Shown here: piece after piece, positions 26,601-33,858 of the stretch
How positions within the stretch are numbered: position 1 is the stretch's first letter
Layout of the letters: the number at the start of each line of letters is the position of its first letter
Made by a program: the position numbers and the translations under genes
Notes under the pieces: model-generated
What the model was told of the DNA's origin: nothing
The model's database searches: none
Seen by the model: only the letters and a program-made list of their open reading frames with translations
Sequence record: NC_027364.1
Length of the DNA: 64,000 nucleotides
Direction: 5' to 3' (one strand)

Positions 26601-27710
26601 TATTCATGCTGTTGCCCTTATCGTTGGTGTATGAATAAAACACTATTATAAAGTACTATCGCAAAAAATGATAGTACTTTAAATAAATTCTATTCTATTA
26701 CATTCCAACCATCGCCGCACGGATCGCAGTAGTGCTATACTTAAAGCCGTCCGGTGTTTTATCTTGTCCAGTCTGTTCTAAAAATAGCATCATATGACGG
26801 GCCGCATCATTACGATTAGTATTGGCGGCAATAAAGTCCTGGGCCAACCGATACAATCCCTCATCGTTATTAATCCAAAGGCTTACATTCCAATGAGTTT
26901 TGTTTTTGTGACCTAAGAACATTTTTGATTTAGCCATTTTTTTAATCCTCTTATATAGTGGGGAACTATTCCCCACCTGATGTAAAGTATTATACGCTTT
27001 TAAATTTAGTTTGCAAGTACTATTTTTTCAGTACTGGTAAACCTTTGATCTCACCTGGCTGTACTTCCTCAAAGGCGACCGCCATCATACGGCTATCATC
27101 TTCCTTACATTCTTCCATCGCATCACAAAAATGATTAATAACGTCCGGTGCAACGTCAACCACATCAAACAAGCCAACCTCAGTGCAACGGCTTAAAGCG
27201 TTTAATAGGTCAGTCAGTGCAACGGATTGAGAAACAGTTAAAATAGTACTCATACAATTAATCTCTTAATTATAGTGGGGAACTATTCCCCACCTGATGT
27301 AAAACATTATACGCTTTTAAACTTAGTTTGCAAGTACTTTATTAAACTTATTTGTAAATTTTGCCACTGTCAGCCCATACCAGGAAACGAGGCATATTAT
27401 CCCATGCATCTTGTTTTAAATTTAAACCGTGCAATTCCTCAGTAGTTGCCATCCCTGGTACTGGCTTACTACACACCGCGAAATTTTCGCCCATATACTG
27501 ATAAACCATCGTCAAATCATTTGAGATCATCTTATGGATCATCGCATCAAGCATCACGGTAGCGGCGTATTGTTCACGCTTAAGCGGCAGCATTTTAATC
27601 AGTTCGCGGTATGCGTCAATGTGAGTTTTAACCGTTGCCGCCGGAAGATCTTTCATCTCGTCGCGGAAGTTAACCAGGTTAGCAATAATTTTGGTGATTT
27701 GAGTTGCCAT
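8619..27710 (-). CDS. Cluster of about 60 small, mostly monocistronic early hypothetical genes
   Basis: ORF track plus extra short ORFs (e.g. 15094..15258, MKMIWYKNTD..., 54 aa). Most follow a promoter/hairpin/RBS cassette. True starts are often downstream of the track start (9298, 11998, 19426, 21336, 21651, 23752, 24288, 24593, 26607, 26937, 27710). Confidence 0.8.
12219..12803 (-). CDS. Protein-kinase-like protein (minimal ePK/APH-like fold)
   Basis: Gly loop IGAGSSRIVF, VIKVA lysine, QNETE glutamate, DIRKQNIG catalytic loop, VLDYG; AAGGAG RBS supports the start at 12803. Confidence 0.75.
   Translation of the reverse strand: MRNYTKFIRTLSAMETNKEILSACRLAGLEIIGAGSSRIVFALNDRLVIKVANCDAGVEQNETECRVWNFLDYDRPQLKQFFAKVHMHLSDPDNMFIVMDRLSTASKGSVKHVNACNELKYNIKRNAIERQHRFADALQHVDDTLSTLTIRDIRKQNIGQDRNGLIKVLDYGLTRNIWNQYYKKRDVKAVTITR
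13448..13852 (-). CDS. Hypothetical protein, paralogue of 26341..26607
   Basis: Both share (F/Y)ATRExAR..FKDMG..GxRWA and C-terminal DRKGNRVTVY. Confidence 0.75.
   Translation of the reverse strand: MYTMITKFYATREAARIVAREEGETFKDMGKDAPKGQRWAVQFKEISDIVNSPEPVLTAAELKRADLLASILDAQDEFIADSDIKVQTNHTAWTHADHLANLKRPSELVRNQKEIRHDRKGNRVTVYSKRRQVI
13939..14262 (-). CDS. Hypothetical protein, paralogue of 20709..21032
   Basis: Both share RWTDxxGNTYHSC, FTYGY and C-terminal DVKRKKD(M/L). Confidence 0.75.
   Translation of the reverse strand: MAMILTQKVELKIVTSFDIKVNRWTDRNGNTYHSCYVSALIGDRWEDLGHETFTYGYGTQGEYTGLEIIKETVIGFNPKETVIHRIEEEINKEITVRYHDVKRKKDM
14967..15039 (-). ncRNA. Candidate structured leader/small RNA, copy 1
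   Basis: Directly after a TTGCAT-16-TATAAT promoter, no ORF. Outer stem ATCAGG/CCTGAT, hairpin ACGGGG/CCCCGT, linker TAAGTAG, hairpin GGAGT/ACTCC. Confidence 0.55.
16781..17038 (-). CDS. TraR/DksA C4-type zinc finger protein (YbiI-like)
   Basis: MAVGFAKDGAEQDEIN... and CLDCGDIIPEKRRQAVKGCKYCITCQE match the family pattern. Confidence 0.9.
   Translation of the reverse strand: MAVGFAKDGAEQDEINAVIQAAVNHARKQINAQIESLIHCLDCGDIIPEKRRQAVKGCKYCITCQEDHDSTFKRPPRNCWHRSMR
20709..21032 (-). CDS. Hypothetical protein, paralogue of 13939..14262
   Basis: RWTDSYGNTYHSC, FTYGY, DVKRKKDL. Confidence 0.75.
   Translation of the reverse strand: MAKTIINTVSLAAIHAINVDGKRWTDSYGNTYHSCHVSVELDNGLNDLAVESFTYGYEDAYQQTAFDLLKESVDGLDTVETSLTRLCNDLSIPLHCTVQDVKRKKDL
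21937..22419 (-). CDS. H-NS/StpA-like nucleoid-associated protein
   Basis: N-terminal coiled coil (AKELQAKKVAELEEQKKAREAELQ), charged linker, C-terminal VVLDNGEEHMIPVRGNCIAVVLDAIKESGMTREEWI resembling H-NS [36 protein letters not shown]. Confidence 0.55.
   Translation of the reverse strand: MANVKSFLKALISNDTVIAAELLADLDNDTMKAVRNNFNIAYSEAKELQAKKVAELEEQKKAREAELQATIESIQAAVAGLDLEVVVEMAHKALAVKYGEDKPESKPKKWIQERVTVVLDNGEEHMIPVRGNCIAVVLDAIKESGMTREEWIEAHRKVEA
22474..22535 (-). ncRNA. Candidate structured leader RNA, copy 3 (5' UTR of the H-NS-like gene)
   Basis: Keeps GACGGGGA, TAAGTAG and GTAAG..ACGAAAAAC; the stem is CCAGT/ACTGG instead of GGAGT/ACTCC. Confidence 0.5.
22668..22967 (-). CDS. Small exported protein (signal peptide, Cys near both ends of the mature chain)
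   Basis: MKIAIIALALSVSSFAVNA signal; QC...NCL. Confidence 0.7.
   Translation of the reverse strand: MKIAIIALALSVSSFAVNASLDVSSEKFIQCTVAMTDESTGEIVLKDLEIQPEAFKSGPFHEEDEKGSTTIYYDVSTKRGSVTVMDTEKVTHTGVINCL
24650..24889 (-). CDS. Hypothetical protein, near-identical paralogue of 26698..26937
   Basis: GHKNKTHWNVSLWINN and TPDGFKYSTTAIRAAMVGM are identical in both. Confidence 0.8.
   Translation of the reverse strand: MATTKTYNGHKNKTHWNVSLWINNGESLYRLAQSCIAQCKTKDIAAQCMYRRLKANGTTTTPDGFKYSTTAIRAAMVGM
24986..25597 (-). CDS. Acidic hypothetical protein with an FSGFWSQGDGAS motif
   Basis: 203 aa, many E/D residues; own promoter-hairpin absent but a sigma70 promoter lies directly upstream. Function not assigned. 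Confidence 0.6.
   Translation of the reverse strand: MKTITTTTFVMDFSELNAEQQTSAIELVREREKNSNDNYFSESEIEYYKETVLPEYGINEAEIQFSGFWSQGDGASISTDHVDAVKFLRKVRALTKYRSIRHLLNEDDLAMSVKRSHSHYSHENTVSGYIESAYTDLTAKQETLVNELEELLTDTIRELSRKLYRDLENAYEDQFTTENITALIEGNEYQFNVIDDVVESIAY
25666..25740 (-). ncRNA. Candidate structured leader/small RNA, copy 2
   Basis: Same architecture as 14967-15039; substitutions fall mainly in loops and stems are retained. Confidence 0.55.
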
Positions 27711-27824
27711 CGTTTTAATCTCTCTTAAAGTGTAGCGGGAACACTTCCCGCTCTCGATGTAAAACATTATACGCTTTTATCAGTACGGTGCAAGTACTTT
27801 CTACAAATACTTTTAAAATAGTTT

Positions 27825-27917
27825 TCTTTCTATATAGGAGTACTATTATTCAGTACTGAATCAATCCAGGGGAACTATCTTTCTATATAGGAGTACTATT
27901 ATTCAGTACTGAATCAA
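27825..27917. repeat. Two 40-bp direct repeats separated by 13 bp
   Basis: TCTTTCTATATAGGAGTACTATTATTCAGTACTGAATCAA at 27825-27864 and 27878-27917; each holds two AGTACT. Confidence 0.9.
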
Positions 27918-28535
27918 CCAAATCACTACTACACCCCATAAAACGGCCTCAGACGCATTCTAACGCATTAATACACCTAAGCTATACATTTGCACCACTC
28001 CCAACAATCCAGGGCGTTACGGGCCGTTTAAACGCGTTAAATTATTTTCAATTATTTTGTTTTTAGGTATTGACTTGATCCTGAAAAAGCGTATAATTAC
28101 TACATAGACGCGAGAAAGCGGAAACCCCAGAGGGTGCGGAATTACGCCCAAAATTCAAGATATAAAAAAAGGATACACTCCCGCACCCTAGCAGGTAAAC
28201 GCACTTTCTCAGTACTGAATTATAGTACCATAGTCCGGCCCAGGATGGCAAGCAAATTAATTAAAACTTTTTTCATCCAGGGTATTGCTTTATTTTTCCA
28301 GTACTGTATAATAGTTCCATCAAGTCGAGAAAGACTCAAGCCCACCGGGTGCATAGTTACGCCCAAAATTCAGTACTGAAAAAATTTTTAAAAATATCCG
28401 TCCAGGCCGTTGACATTGCCCCCAGTTTATAAGATAATGATTCCAGATTCAGAAAAATCTAACTCCAGATACTGCGGGGAAACTATCCCCACGCGGTAGG
28501 GGAACTATTGGAAAAAACAAAATAAAATTTTGATT

Positions 28536-28647
28536 TAGCCGTCTATACTTCCAGACGTGTAACCATCTAGCCGTTTAGCCGTCCAAACGTCTAGCCATCC
28601 AGCCATCCAGAAATCTAGCCGTTTAGCCGTCTAGATGGATAGCCATC
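28536..28647. repeat. Eight copies of the octamer (T/C)AGCC(G/A)T(C/T) in an ORF-free region
   Basis: Copies at 28536, 28568, 28576, 28592, 28600, 28616, 28624, 28640. Confidence 0.9.
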
Positions 28648-29705
28648 TTTACTTCCAGACTTCTGGAGGGCTAGACATATCTACGTCCAAAATCCACCCA
28701 GGGTAACTACGCCCAAAATCCGTCAGTACTATACCATAGATCTATCTTTTGAAAGGGAGTATTCAGTACTGCCACAATAGCCCTCACTATGTTACCCTAG
28801 GAGGATGAAGACTATCATGTAGTACTGAATACTGTTAGAGGGAATCCACCAGCTTGTGCTGGTGGCATAATGCTTTAGATTAAAATCAGTACTGACACCA
28901 TTCTGTTAATATCAGTACTGTTATTACGATTTTCATATGAGGTTCAAAAAGATGTACCACCACAGGAGGAACTATCTTTTCTGTACTGTCTCACGACAGG
29001 AGGTAGAGTAAATGAATTGTTCGCAGCAACTCATCACCCTATGTAGAACATTATACAGTACTGAATCATAATGTCAATAGCTTTCTTTCATTATTCAGTA
29101 CTGATATTCTTGAGAACTACCCGACTACAAACATCATTATATCCCACAAATCATAAACGTCCCAACGTAAATTTCAACTTTCGAAGATCCAACTTTTATT
29201 TCATAGGTACTCCAAAATTTTTAGGATCGAGATTTAGGATGGAGTACTAACCAACTTTTTGCTGGAGCCTCAAGGGGTAATGGAATTTTACCCCGAAGGG
29301 TAAAGGGGTAATTGAAATTAAGGTGAAAGTAATAATTCAGTACTAATCATTGCGTGATTACTTTTGATTACATTTGATGTAATTTGAAAAATGGAAAAGG
29401 AGCTTGGAAACTACAAAGTACGGCAGACTTCCTCTGCCTACTTAGTGGCATATCAGTACTGAATCCTTCCCGTGCATTCTTGAGCATTCTTGTCTATACT
29501 AATCAGTACTGAATCATATATAATCATTCTGTGATTCTACGGTGCTCATATAAATGTTTATATATGATTACTTATGACTACCTATGATTACGGGGTTTAG
29601 CCTGGGGAGAATCCTAGTGATCGCATTTGTCCAGGCTGAATTTTAACAATTCGCCTGTACATAAAGGTTGTTCACTAGGAGCTTCCCCTGTCTACTTGTG
29701 TTTAA

Positions 29706-32700
29706 TTACTTCCTATATATAAGCATTAAGATATAGTAGTACTGATTATACTGTACATTCTCTTTAATATTATAAGGGTCTATAGCAATCTCGGTACATC
29801 TGTTAAATGCATATCTATTAAATGCCAGTGGAATTATAGATCTAATCCATACTTGTTCATTTTCTTTTAGTTTACTTATATAGAAGTTTTTATACATAGT
29901 ATTCTCTATTAATTAATATGATAGTACTAGTGTTAGTACTGAGCACAATTGTTCTTTGTAGTTCTTAGGGTATATAGAATCTTTTATGCACTCATTGAAG
30001 TGCCATAGGTATAATCTTGGGTCGCATTCTTTATATATTCTTACGGGGACGAATGTTAGTTTTCGTATATAGAATTCTTTATGTTCTTTATTCATATTAG
30101 TACCTGAATATAAGTAGGATTATGTTATAGTACTGGTTAGTACTGCAATGATTCTCTATACATCGATTAACAGTTATGGAATAGCTATATCTGGCGTAAG
30201 CATTATCCAGCGGGATTTTACATTGAGCACTTAGAGAAAGTACAGTAGGTAGTGTATTCAAATAGAAGTCTTTGTAATTATTCATACAGGAATAGTATAC
30301 CTATGATACCTGAGTACAGGTTAGTACTGTTACCATCTTCGTTTGCGTTTAAAGTCATTTGAATACAATTATTGTAGCATACTCTGCCGAAAAATGTATT
30401 AGTACTTAAAGGTGGAGTAGTCCTTAGAAACATTTGTTCTGAGGGGCTTATGTATTTGGAGTAGAATTCTTTATGTTCTTTATTCATATTAGTTAGTGTC
30501 TGTATATAAGTAATAGTAAGAATACGTACTGCACATCTTCATCTTTAGTATTGAGTACTGTACGTATTGCGTCATTAAACAAGAATATAGTACTTGGGTC
30601 ATGAAAATTTAAAGGGGTTCTGGGTACGGCATGTTTGTAGTTCCCTTTAACAAATTGTGTGTAGTATTCTCTATGCATATTAGTACCTATATATTAGGGC
30701 GAGAATGTAGTACAATTCATATGGAATGTAATTTGGGGTGATCGCACACTGTGTATGGTAAATGAATTGTTCGGTATTTTTCTTATCCTTGATATCTATT
30801 GGGATTTGTGGTATAAGCATTTTGGAGTTTAGATCGAGATGGCTTAAGTAGAATTCTTTATGCATATTGTTCTCTTAGAATACGAAAGCTAGGTACAGGG
30901 TATGATACAGTACTCGATGATAGCTGTCAAAATCTAGTATACATGCTTTAGTGCACATAGTAAAGTACACTTTATCGTTTTGTGCATTGATACCGCGAGG
31001 TTTATCTAATAGATTAGTTCTGAGGTACATTGGGAAATATTTTGTGTAGTATTCTTTATGCATATTAGTACCTGAATATAAGTAGGATAGTGTTATATAG
31101 CTGGTCATAACTACTACTATTTTCTATACTTCGTTCTATGCAGTTATTGAATCCCAGTACTGCCAAATCGTTATCCAGGGGGACTTTGTATCTGGTGTAG
31201 TGTTCAAAAATGCTGGGGAGAAATTGTGTGTAGTATTCTTTGTGCATATTAGTACTTATATATTAGTAAAAGGATGTGATACAGTACTCGATTATAGTCT
31301 TCAATATATATCGAGGATTTAGTGCACTGAATGAAGTAGTCTTTTTCGTAGTTTTTTTCTATACCCAATGCAACGTTTGGTACAAGGTGTTGGAGATACA
31401 TTGGGAGTTTCTCTATGTAGTATTCTTTATACATATATTATCCTTAGTACTGGAACGCAAGGTACAGGGTGTGGTACAGTTGTACTTGATAATTGTTTTC
31501 ATTAGCTTCTTCATTAAGTACTTGTTCAGTACATGTACGGAAGTAATCAGCTTCATATATACAGTCAATACCGCGAGGTTCATCTTCTAATAGATTTCCT
31601 TGTAGAAACTTTGGTAGTTCTTTTATGTAGAATTCTTTATACATAGTTTGTAATATACGTAATGAGGTGATGCATTTTCTTATTAGTACTGATAATTTCC
31701 TGTACATGTTTTGTCAGATTGTACGCGTTTTTATAGAGTGCTGGATTATCGATTACAGTACTGTACATGAATAGTTCTTCCTCGGATAATTCTTTGCCTT
31801 GTAATTCTTTGAGGAATTGTAGTACTGTATCAGTTTCTTCTGTACGTTGTGCTTGCCAGAAGTGCATATTCTCGTGTACTTTTTCTGCATCAGTAGAGTA
31901 TATGCCACCCATTTGGAATTGTGCTGTATTGACATCGTGGGAGGTGTTACAATTCCCGAAGAAGTATGTATTCCCGAAGTATAGCATTAAAGTGCACGGG
32001 GTATTATCCAACTGCATATTGATGATGAAGGATGCGTTCTTTAGTACCTTTGTGCTCGTATTAGTACTCAATACTTTTAAATCAGTATTATAGATATTCA
32101 TATAATGAACAGCTATATTATTTTTCTTCATGTACAATTCAAGGTTCTTTGATACGTTAACTCCATTTGTACTGGATTTTTCCTTTTTATTTCGTTTCTT
32201 TAGTACATTCGGGTGATACGTATATGCAGATGTAACTGATTCTGCCTGAATACTATTGAGGTACTTAAAGTGCTTAAGGTATTGTTTGCTGTGTGCATTA
32301 AGTTTCATTTGGTTTCCTTTATATAGATGCCAGGGCGAGGATTTCCCTGTAGGGATTATCTTGTGTTAGTACAGCATAAATGCAGCTATTGAGATTAATA
32401 TTTTTAGTACTTTTTGTTCCTAGTTTGTAGTACTTCACGAAGGTGTCGTACATGAAACGGTCTTTTATGGTTATACGTTCTCTATAGAATTGTTGCATAG
32501 TATTCCTTAAATAGCGATTAGTTTCATTACTTCTCTGTATGTGTACTTTTCGTTTTGTGCATCTCTTGTGACGACATATAGGAAGGTGTGTTTATCTTTT
32601 TTGTTCCCGCAATTGTAGAAAATATTGAACTTATTGAAGTTGAATCTTTCGGCGTGTTGTAGTTTAGTTAAATAGAATTCTATGTTCATTTTCTTCCTTA

Positions 32701-33756
32701 CATTTCAATAAGTTTCAGTACTGCTCGGTACGTGTACTTAGTTGTCAGTGCTTCTTTAATAGAAATACAGAAGTAATGTTGTTTGTCTCTTATACTGCCG
32801 CGTTTGTAGTACCACACATGGGAGTTGTGACTGTACTTGTCTCTGTCGGATAGTTGTTGGTAGTAGTAGCTTATATGATTCATTGTAATTAGCCTTACTA
32901 TGTTAAAGTACTCGGTCCCTGGTGTACCTTTTAGAACTTAAAGATGAGGTTCAGGATAGAGCGGTACTTAGTTGCAGGGAACGTATGTTCTATTGCATAA
33001 CGTGTCACCATCCTGAAATCGTAATTATAATACAGATTATCCTTTCTCATAGGTGGTGCTAAAGAGAATGATAGCTGTTCTTGTTTGGGTAGTTTACTAC
33101 AATAGAAATCTTTATGATTATTCATAGAAATATATTAGTCCTATTAAACCTGAGTACATAATATTTTTGTTATTACATTCGATTGCTTCTATAGTACTAC
33201 GTATACAATTATTAAAGCAATCTCTGGCGTGTGGTGTATCTATACTTAAAGGTGATACACTCCTTAGAAACAATTGTTCTTCGTTGCTAAGGTATTTGGT
33301 GTAGAATTCTTTATGTTCAGTATTCATATTAGTACTCGATTAAAAGGGCAAGGATATAATAGTATTGCATACTTTCTGCCCCTTGTAAAGCATTTCTTAT
33401 GATATTACTCCTGTACGAGTTCAGGAGTTTAGGACAACGTTTGTAGTGTATAAAAGTATTTTGTGTATACAGTAGGCTTTCTCGTAGACCTTTTGTTGGT
33501 AGTGCATCGATGTAGTACTGTTCAATGTTCATATAGATAGCAGTACTAAGATTTTTGATAATTGTTTATTGCTATCCCCGCAGATGTTGCTGTGTAAAAT
33601 ACTCACAATGAGGGTATCAATTGCATTGTTCATCATAAGGGTGCATCCTGGACTATTATAATTTTTTAGCTCAATTAGCCACGAACTATCCGCGAGAAAT
33701 TCCCCGTACTCTAGTTCATTTAGAGTATTGAGGTAGTACTTAAGAGTATTTGTCAT
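29706..33756 (-). CDS. Tandem array of 17 paralogous ~60-75 aa proteins with N-terminal (H/Y)K(E/D)(F/Y)Y and C-terminal YxxLxLI(Y/F)xY
   Basis: Ten members at 29706-31641, an unrelated 223-aa gene, then seven members at 32319-33756. One of these is a 59-aa ORF at 32319..32498 missed by the track. Promoter at 33782-33810. Confidence 0.85.
31637..32308 (-). CDS. Hypothetical protein, EExFQYSLV-motif family, inserted in the HKEFY array
   Basis: ELSEEELFMYSTVID near the C-terminus. Confidence 0.65.
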   Translation of the reverse strand: MKLNAHSKQYLKHFKYLNSIQAESVTSAYTYHPNVLKKRNKKEKSSTNGVNVSKNLELYMKKNNIAVHYMNIYNTDLKVLSTNTSTKVLKNASFIINMQLDNTPCTLMLYFGNTYFFGNCNTSHDVNTAQFQMGGIYSTDAEKVHENMHFWQAQRTEETDTVLQFLKELQGKELSEEELFMYSTVIDNPALYKNAYNLTKHVQEIISTNKKMHHLITYITNYV

Positions 33757-33781
33757 GTGTAGTTCTCCTTATATTCCTTCT

Positions 33782-33810
33782 ATAGTACACCAGTACTGAA
33801 AGGATGTCAA
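33782..33810 (-). promoter_or_regulatory. sigma70-type promoter TTGACA-17-TACTAT for the HKEFY array
   Basis: Direct read; AGTACT lies in the spacer; divergent from the propeller array. Confidence 0.75.
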
Positions 33811-33858
33811 GGGTTTTCTTTATGGGGTAAATATGATATAATGAATAAGGAGGGAAAT

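Larger units (their letters stand above)
9319..27780 (-). promoter_or_regulatory. At least 25 copies of a promoter + stem-loop + RBS cassette (PeSL-like)
   Basis: TTG(A/C)(C/A)(A/T)-16-TATAAT, then (G/A)(T/G)TTTACAT, then a GGGGA(G)AA...TT(C)TCCCC-type hairpin. Approximate hairpin positions: 9319, 10187, 10833, 11163, 11714, 12018, 14288, 14558, 16091, 16716, 18411, 18848, 19445, 19773, 21355, 21674, 22988, 23309, 23771, 24913, 26275, 26959, 27277, 27736. Confidence 0.85.
9882..28352. repeat. Dispersed motif CCCA(C/T/G)(A/C)GGGTGC (often followed by NNNANTGTA(T/A)C), each ~25-35 nt downstream of a sigma70 promoter
   Basis: Minus-oriented at 9882, 12134, 15358, 17297, 18973, 25927 (degenerate copy at 28183); plus-oriented at 23455, 25870, 28126, 28341. 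Confidence 0.85.
9828..28865. other. Chi octamers (GCTGGTGG), at least 10
   Basis: CCACCAGC at 9828, 11628, 13032, 15331, 16599, 17644, 21800, 28846; GCTGGTGG at 21862, 28858. Confidence 0.85.
8400..29200. other. Early/host-takeover region, putative long direct terminal repeat (boundaries approximate)
   Basis: ORF-free flanks at ~8340-8600 and ~27800-29700; dense sigma70 promoters; tiny genes; Chi clustering; looks more GC-rich than the flanks by eye. Long DTRs of roughly this size are reported for related jumbo myoviruses. Confidence 0.55.

Noticed and set aside
8897-27767. Recurrent N-termini MVLP.. and MFYIE(R/S)GK.. on many early ORFs, looking like a shared leader peptide
   Set aside because: These are translations of the promoter-hairpin cassette. 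True starts follow the RBS further downstream.
9319-27917. CRISPR-like array from the repeated cassettes or the 40-bp direct repeats
   Set aside because: The spacers are whole genes of variable length, or there are only two repeats 13 bp apart; no cas genes.
423-33000. Plus-strand ORFs overlapping the minus-strand genes (e.g. 423..791, 9114..9398, 16065..16475, 20944..21378, 21934..22383), and minus-strand ORFs inside the propeller genes
   Set aside because: They are antisense shadows of well-supported genes and lack an RBS, promoter or family motif.
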